Source: Bacteroidales bacterium
GTDB lineage: Bacteria > Bacteroidota > Bacteroidia > Bacteroidales > UBA3663
DNA length: 64,000 nt
Reading direction: 5' to 3'
Assembly (NCBI GenBank): GCA_017548545.1
Contig: JAFYZW010000127.1
Location: 24,201-88,200 of the forward strand
Part shown: positions 17,910-27,092 of the stretch, one piece after another
Position numbering within the stretch: the first letter of the stretch is position 1
How the letters are laid out: every line of letters starts with the position of its first letter
Notes under the pieces: model-generated
What the model saw: the letters and a program-made list of their open reading frames with translations, nothing else
The model's database searches: none
What the model was told of the DNA's origin: nothing
Made by a program: the position numbers and the translations under genes

Positions 17910-20705
17910 ATGATCGACGACGAGAAGAACGACGAACAGGAACTCAATCCCGATGAGGCCACTTATGCTGCCGATGGAGATGAAGAGACCGTCGAAGAAA
18001 CTTTGACGGGGGGCAATGGCTACAAGCCGCACAACGACGACGATATCTCCGACGACAAGATACATCATTTGGGTGGCATGTACCAAAATTGGTTCCTCGA
18101 CTATGCGAGCTACGTTATCCTGGAGCGTGCAGTCCCGCATCTTGTCGATGGCCTTAAACCCGTACAGCGCCGCATCCTGCATGCAATGAAGGTGATCGAT
18201 GATGGACGCTACAACAAGGTGGCTAACATTGTCGGACAGACCATGCAATACCATCCGCATGGCGATGCCAGCATTGGTGATGCCTTGGTGCAACTTGGAC
18301 AGAAGGAACTGCTAATCGACTGTCAGGGCAACTGGGGCAACATCCTCACGGGTGACTCTGCTGCTGCGCCCCGTTATATCGAGGCACGTCTTTCGAAGTT
18401 CGCCCTTGAAGTGGTGTTCAACAACAAGATTACCCCATGGCAGCTGTCGTACGATGGACGCAAGAAAGAGCCCATTAACCTGCCGATCAAGTTTCCGCTG
18501 CTCCTCGCTCAAGGTGTGGAAGGTATTGCCGTAGGCCTATCGTCAAAGATTCTGCCTCATAACTTCAACGAACTGCTCGATGCATCGATAGCCTGCCTTA
18601 AGGGCGAGCCTTTCGAACTTTATCCCGACTTCCCGACAGGTGGTCTCATCGATGTCTCGAAATATCACGATGGTGCGCGTGGAGGCGTGGTCAAGGTGCG
18701 TAGCCGCATTGAGAAGATCGACCAGAAGTCGCTCCGCATCACCGATGTGCCGTTTGGCAAAACCACCGATTCGCTCATCGAGTCGATACGCAAGGCCATC
18801 GAAAAGGGCAAGATCAAGATCAAGAGCTTCGATGACTTCACCAGCGACCATGCCGAGATTGTCGTTCACTTGATGCCCGGCGTGTCGAGTGATAGGACCA
18901 TCGATGCACTTTATGCCTTTACCGACTGCGAAATCTCCATCTCGCCCAACTGCTGCGTCATTTACGACAAGAAGCCCCATTTCCTTACTGTCAGTGAGGT
19001 GCTTCGCCGTTCGGCAGAAAACACCAAGGAACTGCTACGTCAGGAACTGGAGGTCAGCAAGGGAGAGTTGCTGGAGCATCTCATGACGTGTTCGCTCGAG
19101 AAGATCTTTATCGAGGAACGAATCTACAAGGGTGAGGAGTACGAACAGGCTAAGGACCTCGATACGGCTCTCGCCTATATCGACATGCGACTTGAACCGT
19201 TCAAGAAGGACTTTGTTCGTGAAGTGACACGCGACGACCTGCTGCGCCTTGAGGATATCAAGATGGCTCGTATCCATAAGTTCAACAGTCAGAAGGCCGA
19301 GGAGGACATTCTCCAAACCAAGAAGAAGATACGTGAAGTCGAGAGGAACCTCAAGCATCTTACCAATTATACCATCAAGTGGTTTGAGCATCTCAAGGAG
19401 AAGTATGGTGCCGACCATCCGCGTATGACCGAGATACGCAACTTTGATTCGGTTGATGCCACCAAGGTCATCGAGTCGAATATGAAGCTTTGGTTCAACA
19501 AAGCTGAGGGATTTATGGGTACAGGTCTCAAGCAGTCTGAATCCGAGTTCATCTGCAACTGCTCTGAGATTGACGAGATATTGGTTATCTATAAGAATGG
19601 CCAGTATAAGATATTGAAGGTCGATCAGAAGATCTTTATCGGCAAGGATGTGCTCTATCTCAACGTCTATCGCAAGAACGACAACCGAACCATCTATAAC
19701 GTCGTTTATCGCGACGGCAAGGGCGGCCCGCACATGATCAAGCGTTTTGCCATCACTTCGGTGATGCGCGACAAGACGTACGACATCACCCAGGGCAAAG
19801 ATGGCTCCCGCATCGTTTATTTCAGCGCCAACCAGAACGGCGAGGCTGAGGTCATCAGGGTGTTCATCAAGTCGAAGCTCCGCAATTCAAAGGTCGTCAA
19901 TTTCGAGCGAGACTTCGCCGAGACACCCATCAAGGGTCGTGGCGTGAAGGGCAACCTGCTCACCAAGGCCGATGTCCAGAAGATTCTGCTTGTCTCGAAG
20001 GGCGGATCGACACTCGGCGGACGTCCCGTTTGGTGGGATCCCGATGTTCAGCGCATCAATTACAACAAGCAAGGACAGTATCTTGGTGAGTTCCTCAGTG
20101 AGGACCGTGTGTTGGTCATCCTCGATAACTGGGAATACTATATCACTACTTTCGAAGAGACTGTCCATTTCGAGTCGAATGTGCTTCGCGTTGAGAAATA
20201 TGACCCGCGTAAGGTATGGACTTTCATCCTTTGGGACAAGGAAATGAAGTGCTACAACTTGAAGCGCTCATTGCTTGATGCTCGTCCTAGTAAACAGAAT
20301 ATGTTGGGTGACCCCAAGCGTTTCAAGATTGCCATGGGATTACATTATATACCTGAGGTTGCGGCTCCCGTTTCCGAAGAGGATGAGGAAGTCGAAAAGA
20401 CAGCCGTTGAAACTGCACCTGTCGAGCCTCAAAAACCACAACCTTTGGTCATCGATACCCCTTACCCGCGTTTCCGCATCACGATGGGCAAGCCCGACCA
20501 GTTCCGTCCTGCCATCGAGGTCGATGCCGATGAGTTTATACCCATTCGCAGTATCAACACCAAGGGTAAGCGTATAACCCCATATAAGGTGGCAAGCATT
20601 GAGGAAATCCAGCCATACCGTTTCCCTGATACTAATGAGGCTCCAGATGATGCAGAAGGCGGTGAAGAACCCGAGGAGGAAGCCCCGGCTGAAACATTGT
20701 TTTGA
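17910..20705 (+). CDS. parC: DNA topoisomerase IV subunit A (type IIA topoisomerase A subunit)
   Basis: NWFLDYASYVILERAVPHLVDGLKPVQRRILH, HPHGDASI, and AAAPRYIEARL (catalytic Tyr context). The size and sequence match the Bacteroidota ParC type rather than GyrA. Confidence 0.85.
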   Translation: MIDDEKNDEQELNPDEATYAADGDEETVEETLTGGNGYKPHNDDDISDDKIHHLGGMYQNWFLDYASYVILERAVPHLVDGLKPVQRRILHAMKVIDDGRYNKVANIVGQTMQYHPHGDASIGDALVQLGQKELLIDCQGNWGNILTGDSAAAPRYIEARLSKFALEVVFNNKITPWQLSYDGRKKEPINLPIKFPLLLAQGVEGIAVGLSSKILPHNFNELLDASIACLKGEPFELYPDFPTGGLIDVSKYHDGARGGVVKVRSRIEKIDQKSLRITDVPFGKTTDSLIESIRKAIEKGKIKIKSFDDFTSDHAEIVVHLMPGVSSDRTIDALYAFTDCEISISPNCCVIYDKKPHFLTVSEVLRRSAENTKELLRQELEVSKGELLEHLMTCSLEKIFIEERIYKGEEYEQAKDLDTALAYIDMRLEPFKKDFVREVTRDDLLRLEDIKMARIHKFNSQKAEEDILQTKKKIREVERNLKHLTNYTIKWFEHLKEKYGADHPRMTEIRNFDSVDATKVIESNMKLWFNKAEGFMGTGLKQSESEFICNCSEIDEILVIYKNGQYKILKVDQKIFIGKDVLYLNVYRKNDNRTIYNVVYRDGKGGPHMIKRFAITSVMRDKTYDITQGKDGSRIVYFSANQNGEAEVIRVFIKSKLRNSKVVNFERDFAETPIKGRGVKGNLLTKADVQKILLVSKGGSTLGGRPVWWDPDVQRINYNKQGQYLGEFLSEDRVLVILDNWEYYITTFEETVHFESNVLRVEKYDPRKVWTFILWDKEMKCYNLKRSLLDARPSKQNMLGDPKRFKIAMGLHYIPEVAAPVSEEDEEVEKTAVETAPVEPQKPQPLVIDTPYPRFRITMGKPDQFRPAIEVDADEFIPIRSINTKGKRITPYKVASIEEIQPYRFPDTNEAPDDAEGGEEPEEEAPAETLF

Positions 20706-20711
20706 TAAGCG

Positions 20712-21617
20712 ATGAAAAGAATTTTCTTATTGACATGGGTGATATTGCTCATCCCTGTGTATCTTTTGGCGCAGGATGAACTGCCGCGTCCCGTTACCAA
20801 TATCCTTTCTCTACGTTTGGGTCAGGGCAAGATGCGCGACACCTATCTGACTCCTCTGCTTTATACTGGTAGCAATATCAGCCTCGAAGGGCAACGCTGG
20901 CGCATGCATCGCAATCTCGATTGGACCAGCTGGCAGCAGGCCGACATCATGTTTTCGACTGGCGAAGATTATGGACACGACAGCGAGGCATGGACAGGAC
21001 GTCTGCGTTACTGTTATGGTATCCTCCGTCGTTGGTCCGACTGTCTCGACCCCACCACCCTTGACGTTCGCAGCGAGAGCTCCTCATGGTCATTTTATCT
21101 GGGACCATACGCAGGCATAGACCTCGGCTTCGACTACAACCTCAAGCTGGCATCGTCCAACAATCCTGCCACCGCACGTGTCACCACCAACCTCGGCGCT
21201 GCTGGTGCAGTGTGCTATCGGTTCCAGACACCAGCAGCGCAAGGCATGAGAGTAATGCTACAGGCACATGCCCCATTGCTTGGCATGGGATTCTGCCCGG
21301 AGTACGGAGCCAGCTATTATGAGACGTTCTACCTCGACTCGTCCTCCGACACTTTCCATTTTACATCGTTGCACAACCAGCAGGATTTCGATGTGCAGCT
21401 TGCCGTCGATTTCCCAATGGCTATTATCCCGTGGTTCCGCAGATTTGATTCCGTGGTGCGTCTGGGTGGTTCGTATCACATCGAGACGATGGATATAAAT
21501 CATATTACCACACGTTACAGTAGCCTTGAGTTCGTTATCGGCTGGGTCTATCAGTACCTGCCCTTCAGTCGCCGTAAGGCAGGTCTCTTAAAACGTTCGC
21601 CCTACAATGCATATTGA
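20712..21617 (+). CDS. Hypothetical secreted / outer-membrane protein
   Basis: Signal peptide MKRIFLLTWVILLIPVYLLAQ, rich in aromatic and Gly residues as beta-barrel proteins are. No motif I can name with confidence. Confidence 0.45.
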   Translation: MKRIFLLTWVILLIPVYLLAQDELPRPVTNILSLRLGQGKMRDTYLTPLLYTGSNISLEGQRWRMHRNLDWTSWQQADIMFSTGEDYGHDSEAWTGRLRYCYGILRRWSDCLDPTTLDVRSESSSWSFYLGPYAGIDLGFDYNLKLASSNNPATARVTTNLGAAGAVCYRFQTPAAQGMRVMLQAHAPLLGMGFCPEYGASYYETFYLDSSSDTFHFTSLHNQQDFDVQLAVDFPMAIIPWFRRFDSVVRLGGSYHIETMDINHITTRYSSLEFVIGWVYQYLPFSRRKAGLLKRSPYNAY

Positions 21618-22758
21618 TTTTTCAACCATAATCTTGTCCCGTCTGACGCGTCTGGCTGTCGCCAGTTGCCTGCTATTTGTGGCTGGCTGCTTCTCTGGTT
21701 GTCTTGACGACGACGAGTTGGAGCAGGATGACAGTCTGCGTGGCAATTTCGAGGCGTTCTGGCAGACGCTCGATGAACATTATTGTTTCTTTGACGAGAA
21801 AGGTATCGATTGGGAGGGTATTCATCGAAAATATGCACCTCTTTTCGATGATTCCATCAAGACGCAGTTCGAACTCTTCAATGTCCTCGATGAGATGATT
21901 GATACGTTGCGCGATGGTCATATCAATGTCTATGCACCCTTCAATATTGCGCGTTATTGGTCATGGTATGAGGATTATCCCACCAACTACGACGACAACC
22001 TCGTGCACGATTATTATCTTGGCACGAACTATTGGTACACGGCTGGTATGCAGTATGTGATGTATCGTCGCGACTCGGTGGCATACGTTCGCTACAGTTC
22101 GTTTAATAGTGCTATCGGTGCCACCAATCTCGACTATATCCTTGCCCTCATCCGCAATGCCAATGGTTTGATCCTCGACATTCGCAACAATGGAGGAGGC
22201 TCGCTGACCAATGCCGTCACGTTGGCGGAACGTTTTGCGACCGAGAAGACATTGAGCGGTTACATTCGTCACAAGACTGGGCGAGGTCACAACGATTTCT
22301 CCAAAGCCGAACCACTCTATATCGAGCCTGCTGACGATCGGATGATGTGGGATGCTTCGGTGCGCCCTGTGGTGATTTTGACCAATCGCCATTGTTTTAG
22401 CGCTGCCAACAACTTCGTGCAATTGATGCGTGCGCTTGATGGCACGATGACGCCTGATTCGCTCGGGATTCTTTTCCCCAAAATGATCAAGATATGTGGC
22501 GACCGTACAGGTGGCGGTTCGGGCTTGCCTTTCGAGAGTGTGTTGCCCAATGGTTGGCCTATACGTTTCTCGGCCTGCCCCATGACCGATCCTGATGGAA
22601 ATAGCACCGAGTCGGGCATCGACCCGTCGCCAGGGCTCAAAGTCGATATGGATAGCGTGTCAACATTCCAGAATCACCGCGATAACATCATCGAAGCGGC
22701 ACGTCAATATATCATGCTGAATACCCGAGCACCGCGAGATACGGCCAAAAGTGAATAA
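21607..22758 (+). CDS. S41-family peptidase lipoprotein (tail-specific-protease-like, no PDZ seen)
   Basis: Lipobox LLFVAGCFSGC and S41 core LILDIRNNGGGSLTNAV ... CFSAANNF. Confidence 0.7.
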   Translation: MHIDFSTIILSRLTRLAVASCLLFVAGCFSGCLDDDELEQDDSLRGNFEAFWQTLDEHYCFFDEKGIDWEGIHRKYAPLFDDSIKTQFELFNVLDEMIDTLRDGHINVYAPFNIARYWSWYEDYPTNYDDNLVHDYYLGTNYWYTAGMQYVMYRRDSVAYVRYSSFNSAIGATNLDYILALIRNANGLILDIRNNGGGSLTNAVTLAERFATEKTLSGYIRHKTGRGHNDFSKAEPLYIEPADDRMMWDASVRPVVILTNRHCFSAANNFVQLMRALDGTMTPDSLGILFPKMIKICGDRTGGGSGLPFESVLPNGWPIRFSACPMTDPDGNSTESGIDPSPGLKVDMDSVSTFQNHRDNIIEAARQYIMLNTRAPRDTAKSE

Positions 22759-22795
22759 TTTTTCGAAATTATTTGGAAGTTCCGATTTTTTGTTG

Positions 22796-22803
22796 TATCT
22801 TTG
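22796..22803 (+). promoter_or_regulatory. -7 box TATCTTTG for tRNA-Leu
   Basis: TAnnTTTG match 19 nt upstream of the mature tRNA 5' end. Confidence 0.6.
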
Positions 22804-22821
22804 CGCCCGCAAATTCGATAG

Positions 22822-22903
22822 GCGGGTATGCTGAAATTGGTAGACAGGCCAGACTTAGGATCTGGTGTCGCGAGGCGTGTGGGTTCGAGTCCCACTACCC
22901 GTA
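22822..22903 (+). tRNA. tRNA-Leu (anticodon UAG), class II with a long variable arm, no encoded CCA
   Basis: Folded by hand. The acceptor stem is GCGGGTA/TACCCGT, with G1-U72. The D-loop is GAAATTGGTAGAC. The anticodon stem CCAGA/TCTGG carries loop CTTAGGA. The T-arm is GTGGG-TTCGAGT-CCCAC, with discriminator A. Confidence 0.9.
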
Positions 22904-22917
22904 CTTCCCCTCTGTTG

Positions 22918-22960
22918 GGCTCCATTTACAGATGTAAGTGGAGCCTAACGCTCGTTTTTT
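22918..22960 (+). terminator. Hairpin downstream of tRNA-Leu
   Basis: GGCTCCATTTAC-AGAT-GTAAGTGGAGCC, a 12-bp stem with one G-U pair. A T6 run follows 9 nt later. Confidence 0.45.
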
Positions 22961-22963
22961 GCT

Positions 22964-23002
22964 ACAAAAAATATCCCTCAATACTTTTTGGAGTACTGAG
23001 GG
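22964..23002 (-). terminator. Rho-independent-type terminator of the 303-aa T9SS cargo gene
   Basis: The minus strand reads CCCTCAGTACT-CCAAAA-AGTATTGAGGG (11-bp stem, 1 mismatch) followed by ATATTTTTTG. Confidence 0.6.
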
Positions 23003-23037
23003 ACTGAAATAAGAAAAGAATTTTTTTTGTAAGTTTG

Positions 23038-23949
23038 TTACTTCACCATGATAAGTTTGCCATTCACCACGCAGAGACCCTTAGCAGCATTGAGCTTTTG
23101 ACCAGCAATGTTGTAGATAACGTGATTGATGGCAGGTGCAGCCTCCACTTCGTTGATGGCTGTTTCTCCGCTCTTCACAAGCACTACCTTGGTAACCTTG
23201 GCATCGATACCTTGGAGGACAAGACCATAGTTGTTGAGCTCATAAACCATGTTGGAGGTGTAGGGATCAAGGTTGTAGGGCTCGACGGTGATATCAGTGT
23301 CAGTGATGGCCACTGTATAAGTGTCAGCTTGGTTGACGTTGATAGTGGGAGCAATAGCGCCCCAACCATCGGCGAGAGACTTGACAAAGACCTGGCTGCC
23401 CCATTCCCAGCTTACAGCTTGTACTGGTTCGGCAGTAATCATAAGTTTGTCGCCAGCATTGACATTGAGTTTGCCTATGCTTACCGAACCGCTCCAGCTC
23501 TCGTCGAAGGTATAATCGCCTTCCCACAGGGTCTGTTCAGTGACTGGTGCTATATCGCCTACAAGCGTCACATGATCGACAGCGCAGTCGTTGTAGATGT
23601 TGATGGTGATGCCTACGTCGTGCCATTGGCCAGGGGTGGTGCCAGCCACTTCCTTGATTTTAGCCACGGTGTACTCGTAAGTCCAGCTATTACCAGCTTG
23701 GCCAACCCACTCAACAATTGGTGACCAGTTGTCGGAATTGGCAAAACCGCCAATACCCCAACCTTCGCGGCTTGCACCTGAGTTGTTGTTGATGTAGAAG
23801 CGCACGATGTCGGTGTCGGCAGCACCAAGACCATCGATTTCGGAAACGAGAAGGGTGTGACCTTCCACGAGGGTGAGATTGGTTTCGGTCTCAGCAAAAG
23901 CGATGGTAGCGCCAAGAGCCAAAACGGAAGTAAGTAGAACCTGTTTCAT
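23038..23949 (-). CDS. Secreted T9SS cargo protein of unknown function
   Basis: Signal peptide MKQVLLTSVLALGATIAFA. The C-terminus INHVIYNIAGQKLNAAKGLCVVNGKLIMVK is a typical T9SS sorting domain. The body is beta-rich with no catalytic motif I recognise. Confidence 0.6.
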   Translation of the reverse strand: MKQVLLTSVLALGATIAFAETETNLTLVEGHTLLVSEIDGLGAADTDIVRFYINNNSGASREGWGIGGFANSDNWSPIVEWVGQAGNSWTYEYTVAKIKEVAGTTPGQWHDVGITINIYNDCAVDHVTLVGDIAPVTEQTLWEGDYTFDESWSGSVSIGKLNVNAGDKLMITAEPVQAVSWEWGSQVFVKSLADGWGAIAPTINVNQADTYTVAITDTDITVEPYNLDPYTSNMVYELNNYGLVLQGIDAKVTKVVLVKSGETAINEVEAAPAINHVIYNIAGQKLNAAKGLCVVNGKLIMVK

Positions 23950-24024
23950 AAGCTTTAGATTGTTTGAGTATAGTATTGAGTTTTAAAATATAAAGTGTCA
24001 GCAGAAACTCTGATTATGGCGGTG

Positions 24025-24032
24025 CAAAGGTA
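24025..24032 (-). promoter_or_regulatory. -7 box (TACCTTTG) for the 303-aa T9SS cargo gene
   Basis: The reverse complement of caaaggta matches TAnnTTTG, about 76 nt upstream of the ATG at 23949. Confidence 0.5.
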
Positions 24033-24157
24033 AGACTTTTTGTCAAAAATTCCAAATTATTACGCAAATTGATGAACGAAACGACAATAAATTGATAAAT
24101 GGCGCAAAAAAAGCAGTGGTTTATCGCCCATTATTTGCTTGTTTCTCCAAAATATAC

Positions 24158-24165
24158 TATCTTTG
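24158..24165 (+). promoter_or_regulatory. -7 box TATCTTTG for the pectin-type PUL
   Basis: TAnnTTTG match (TATCTTTGCACC) 21 nt upstream of the ATG at 24186. Confidence 0.6.
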
Positions 24166-24185
24166 CACCGTTAATCGAAAAACCA

Positions 24186-25442
24186 ATGAAATATTACTTA
24201 ATTCTTATCACCTTTTTATTCGGCTGTTCCTTTTTGTATGCCGAAGATTATTCCGAATTGACCGTTGACTTTCCCAAGGTGGCATCCTATAGCGAGGCCA
24301 CGGGCTATGGCTACGATCTGAATACTTCTTGGGATGGACGTGCCACCACACCTTTCTTCTTCAGCGTCAATGTGCCCGATGGCAACTATCGCGTCACCGT
24401 AACCATAGGCAGCAAACGGCGTGCGGCTGTCACTACCATCCGTTGCGAGAGCCGTCGTCTCTTTGTCGAAAACCTCGCCACAAAAAAAGGAGAACTGGTG
24501 ACGCGCACTTTTGTGGTCAACAAGCGCGACTCCCTTTTCACCGATGACAAAGGCAAGGTCGACAAGGTAAGACTTAAGCCGGGCGAGGAGGGAAAGTTGC
24601 ATTGGGACAGCAAACTAACTTTCGAAATCAATGGCGACGCTCCAGCCATCCAGAGTATCGAGATCGAGCGCGACGAACAGATTCCCACATTGTATCTATT
24701 GGGCAACAGCACTGTGGTCGACCAGAGCAACGAGCCATGGGCCAGCTGGGGGCAGATGATTCCACGATTCCTCAACGAGGGTCTCGCCGTGGCTAATTAT
24801 GCCGAGAGCGGATTGGCTGTAGCCACGCTTATCGGCCAGAATCGCTGGGCCAAGGTCCATAGCCTCCTTCGCGAAGGTGATTACGTGATTCTCGAATTCG
24901 GCCACAACGACCAGAAGACCGACGACCGCCCCGGCAACGGTGCCTATTATGCCTTCAGCCATCAGGTGAAATTGATTCTGGACCAATGTCGTGCCAAGGG
25001 AGCCACCCTTATCCTTTGCACGCCCACGATGCGTCGCAGTTTCAAGGACGGAGTGAACCAGAATACTCATAAGGACTATCCCGAAGCTATCCGTGCCATC
25101 GCCGAGCGCGAAGATCTGCTCTGCATCGACTTGCAGGAAATGACAGGCAAGTTCTACGAAGCGATGGGAGAGGAGGGCTCGAAACGTGCCTTTGTGCATT
25201 ATCCTGCCGCTACGTGGCCCAATCAGGAGAAGGCCCTGGCCGACAATACGCATTTCAATCCCTACGGCGCCTACGAGATTGCCAAGATGGTCGCAGCCGC
25301 TCTTGCTCAATCCGAAATGCCCATCGGCGGGTTTGTCCTCCCCGAATTCAGCCATTTCGATCCGTCGCATCCCGACGACATCGAGACCTTCCATTGGAAC
25401 AACTGCCCCTTTGTGGATATGACCAAGCCTGACGGAAATTAA
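24186..25442 (+). CDS. Rhamnogalacturonan acetylesterase-like SGNH hydrolase (CE12 type) with an N-terminal beta-sandwich domain
   Basis: SGNH block I LYLLGNSTVVDQ, block III EFGHNDQK, and block V DNTHFNPYGA. I trimmed the start to MKYYLILITFLFGC (24186). Confidence 0.75.
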   Translation: MKYYLILITFLFGCSFLYAEDYSELTVDFPKVASYSEATGYGYDLNTSWDGRATTPFFFSVNVPDGNYRVTVTIGSKRRAAVTTIRCESRRLFVENLATKKGELVTRTFVVNKRDSLFTDDKGKVDKVRLKPGEEGKLHWDSKLTFEINGDAPAIQSIEIERDEQIPTLYLLGNSTVVDQSNEPWASWGQMIPRFLNEGLAVANYAESGLAVATLIGQNRWAKVHSLLREGDYVILEFGHNDQKTDDRPGNGAYYAFSHQVKLILDQCRAKGATLILCTPTMRRSFKDGVNQNTHKDYPEAIRAIAEREDLLCIDLQEMTGKFYEAMGEEGSKRAFVHYPAATWPNQEKALADNTHFNPYGAYEIAKMVAAALAQSEMPIGGFVLPEFSHFDPSHPDDIETFHWNNCPFVDMTKPDGN

Positions 25443-25457
25443 TAAACAACACACACT

Positions 25458-27086
25458 ATGAAACGAAACCTTTTCACCCTCGCTCTCCTGTCCATCGCGT
25501 TTGTTGGAGGAGCCCAAGTCAAGGATGCCAACGGCATCAACGATACCACGGTCGATAACTACAAGCAGTCGGAGGATGCCGATTCGAAATATGCACGCCC
25601 TGTGCCCGGTTCCAGCCGCAAGGGCAATAATCCCGTGCTCTTCCTCGTCGGCAACAGCACGATGCGCACCGGTACCAAGGGCAATGGCAACAACGGCCAG
25701 TGGGGTTGGGGTGCCTTCGCTGCACAATATTTCGACGAAGAGCGTATCACGGTTGAAAACCATGCCCTCGGTGGAACGTCGAGCCGCACCTTCTACAACC
25801 AGCTTTGGCCCGATGTGCTCAAAGGGGTACAGGCTGGCGACTATGTTCTTATCGAACTCGGCCACAACGACAACGGCCCCCTCGACACCTGGACAGCCCG
25901 CAACAGCATCGCCGGTATCGACCCCGACACCTGCGTCACGGTGACGCTGCACGATTGCCGCTCGAAGGACTGGAACGGACGTGTCGAGACCGTCTTTAGT
26001 TACGGCCAGTACCTGCGCATGTTCATCAGCGACGTACGTGCCAAAGGCGCTCATCCGCTCATCGCTTCGCTCACCCCACGAAACTCGTGGGACAACGAGA
26101 CCACCATTACCCGCAAGTGGAACTCCTTCACACCATGGGGCAAGGCGGTGGCCGAAGAGATGAATGTGCCGTGGATTGACCTCGAAGGCGTCAGCGCTTC
26201 GCGCCTCGAAAAGTTCGGCCATTGGAAGACTGAATACATGTTCTACTACGTCGATAAGATCCACACTTCGCGCTTCGGTGCAGAGAACAATGCCTATAGC
26301 GCAGCCCTTGCTATCCAGCAGTGTGAGAATTGCCCTCTTAAGGAATATCTCAAGGATCTAACACCCGTTCATGTCGATGTGAATCGTGTGCAAAGCAAGA
26401 CCGTGGTATGGCTTTGTGGTGACTCCACCTGTAAGAACTCTGACAACGACCCCAACGGCATGTGGGGCTGGGGTAGCCAGGCTTACACCGTTTTCGATAC
26501 GGCTACTGTCATCTTCTGCAACCAGGCCATGGCCGGCCGTTCCTGCCGCACCTATCTCAACGAACGGCGCTGGGAGAAGGTCTATAACTCGTTGCAACCA
26601 AGCGACATCGTTTTCCTGCAATTCGGGCACAACGACGTGGGAGATATTGAAAAAGGCAAAGCACGTGGCGAAATAGCCCTGGGCACCGATTCGACCAAGG
26701 TTTTCAAGCTCGAAGCCTCGGGCGAATACGAGGCGGTCTATAGTTTCGGTTGGTATCTGAAGAAGATGATACAGGATGCTCGTGAGAAAGGCGCTATCCC
26801 CATTTTGCTCAGCCTCACCCCACGCAACGAGTGGCCTGATGGTCGCATCGAGCGGCGCAACGACACTTATGGTCACTGGTATCGCCAGGTGGTCGAAGCC
26901 ACAGGCGTACCCTTCATCGACGTGCACAACATCACAGCTGACTTCCTCGACAGCATCGGGCAAGAGGCTGCCAAGGCATATTTCAATCACGACCACACTC
27001 ATACCAGCCTACTCGGAGCACAACAAAACGCCAAGAGCGTAGCCCAAGGCATGCGAACCCTCGGGTATGACCGACTTTTGAAGTAA
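25458..27086 (+). CDS. Tandem SGNH/CE12 esterase (two rhamnogalacturonan-acetylesterase-like domains)
   Basis: Two complete SGNH sets. The first is LFLVGNSTMRTG ... ELGHNDN ... DKIHTS. The second is VWLCGDSTCKNS ... QFGHNDV ... DHTHTS. Confidence 0.75.
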   Translation: MKRNLFTLALLSIAFVGGAQVKDANGINDTTVDNYKQSEDADSKYARPVPGSSRKGNNPVLFLVGNSTMRTGTKGNGNNGQWGWGAFAAQYFDEERITVENHALGGTSSRTFYNQLWPDVLKGVQAGDYVLIELGHNDNGPLDTWTARNSIAGIDPDTCVTVTLHDCRSKDWNGRVETVFSYGQYLRMFISDVRAKGAHPLIASLTPRNSWDNETTITRKWNSFTPWGKAVAEEMNVPWIDLEGVSASRLEKFGHWKTEYMFYYVDKIHTSRFGAENNAYSAALAIQQCENCPLKEYLKDLTPVHVDVNRVQSKTVVWLCGDSTCKNSDNDPNGMWGWGSQAYTVFDTATVIFCNQAMAGRSCRTYLNERRWEKVYNSLQPSDIVFLQFGHNDVGDIEKGKARGEIALGTDSTKVFKLEASGEYEAVYSFGWYLKKMIQDAREKGAIPILLSLTPRNEWPDGRIERRNDTYGHWYRQVVEATGVPFIDVHNITADFLDSIGQEAAKAYFNHDHTHTSLLGAQQNAKSVAQGMRTLGYDRLLK

Positions 27087-27092
27087 AATAAT

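Noticed and set aside
22759-23037. tRNA-Leu as an integration hotspot, looking for an island, integrase or direct repeat of the tRNA 3' end.
   Set aside because: No integrase or other mobile gene flanks it, and I could find no duplicated copy of the tRNA 3' end nearby. The flanking hairpins are adequately explained as terminators of the tRNA and of the convergent T9SS cargo gene.
24186-27086. GNS instead of GDS in SGNH block I of two of the three esterase domains, as a sign of inactivation.
   Set aside because: The nucleophile Ser and the downstream Gly, Asn and His blocks (GHND, D..H) are intact. The residue before the Ser is not catalytic, so this is most likely a benign family variant.
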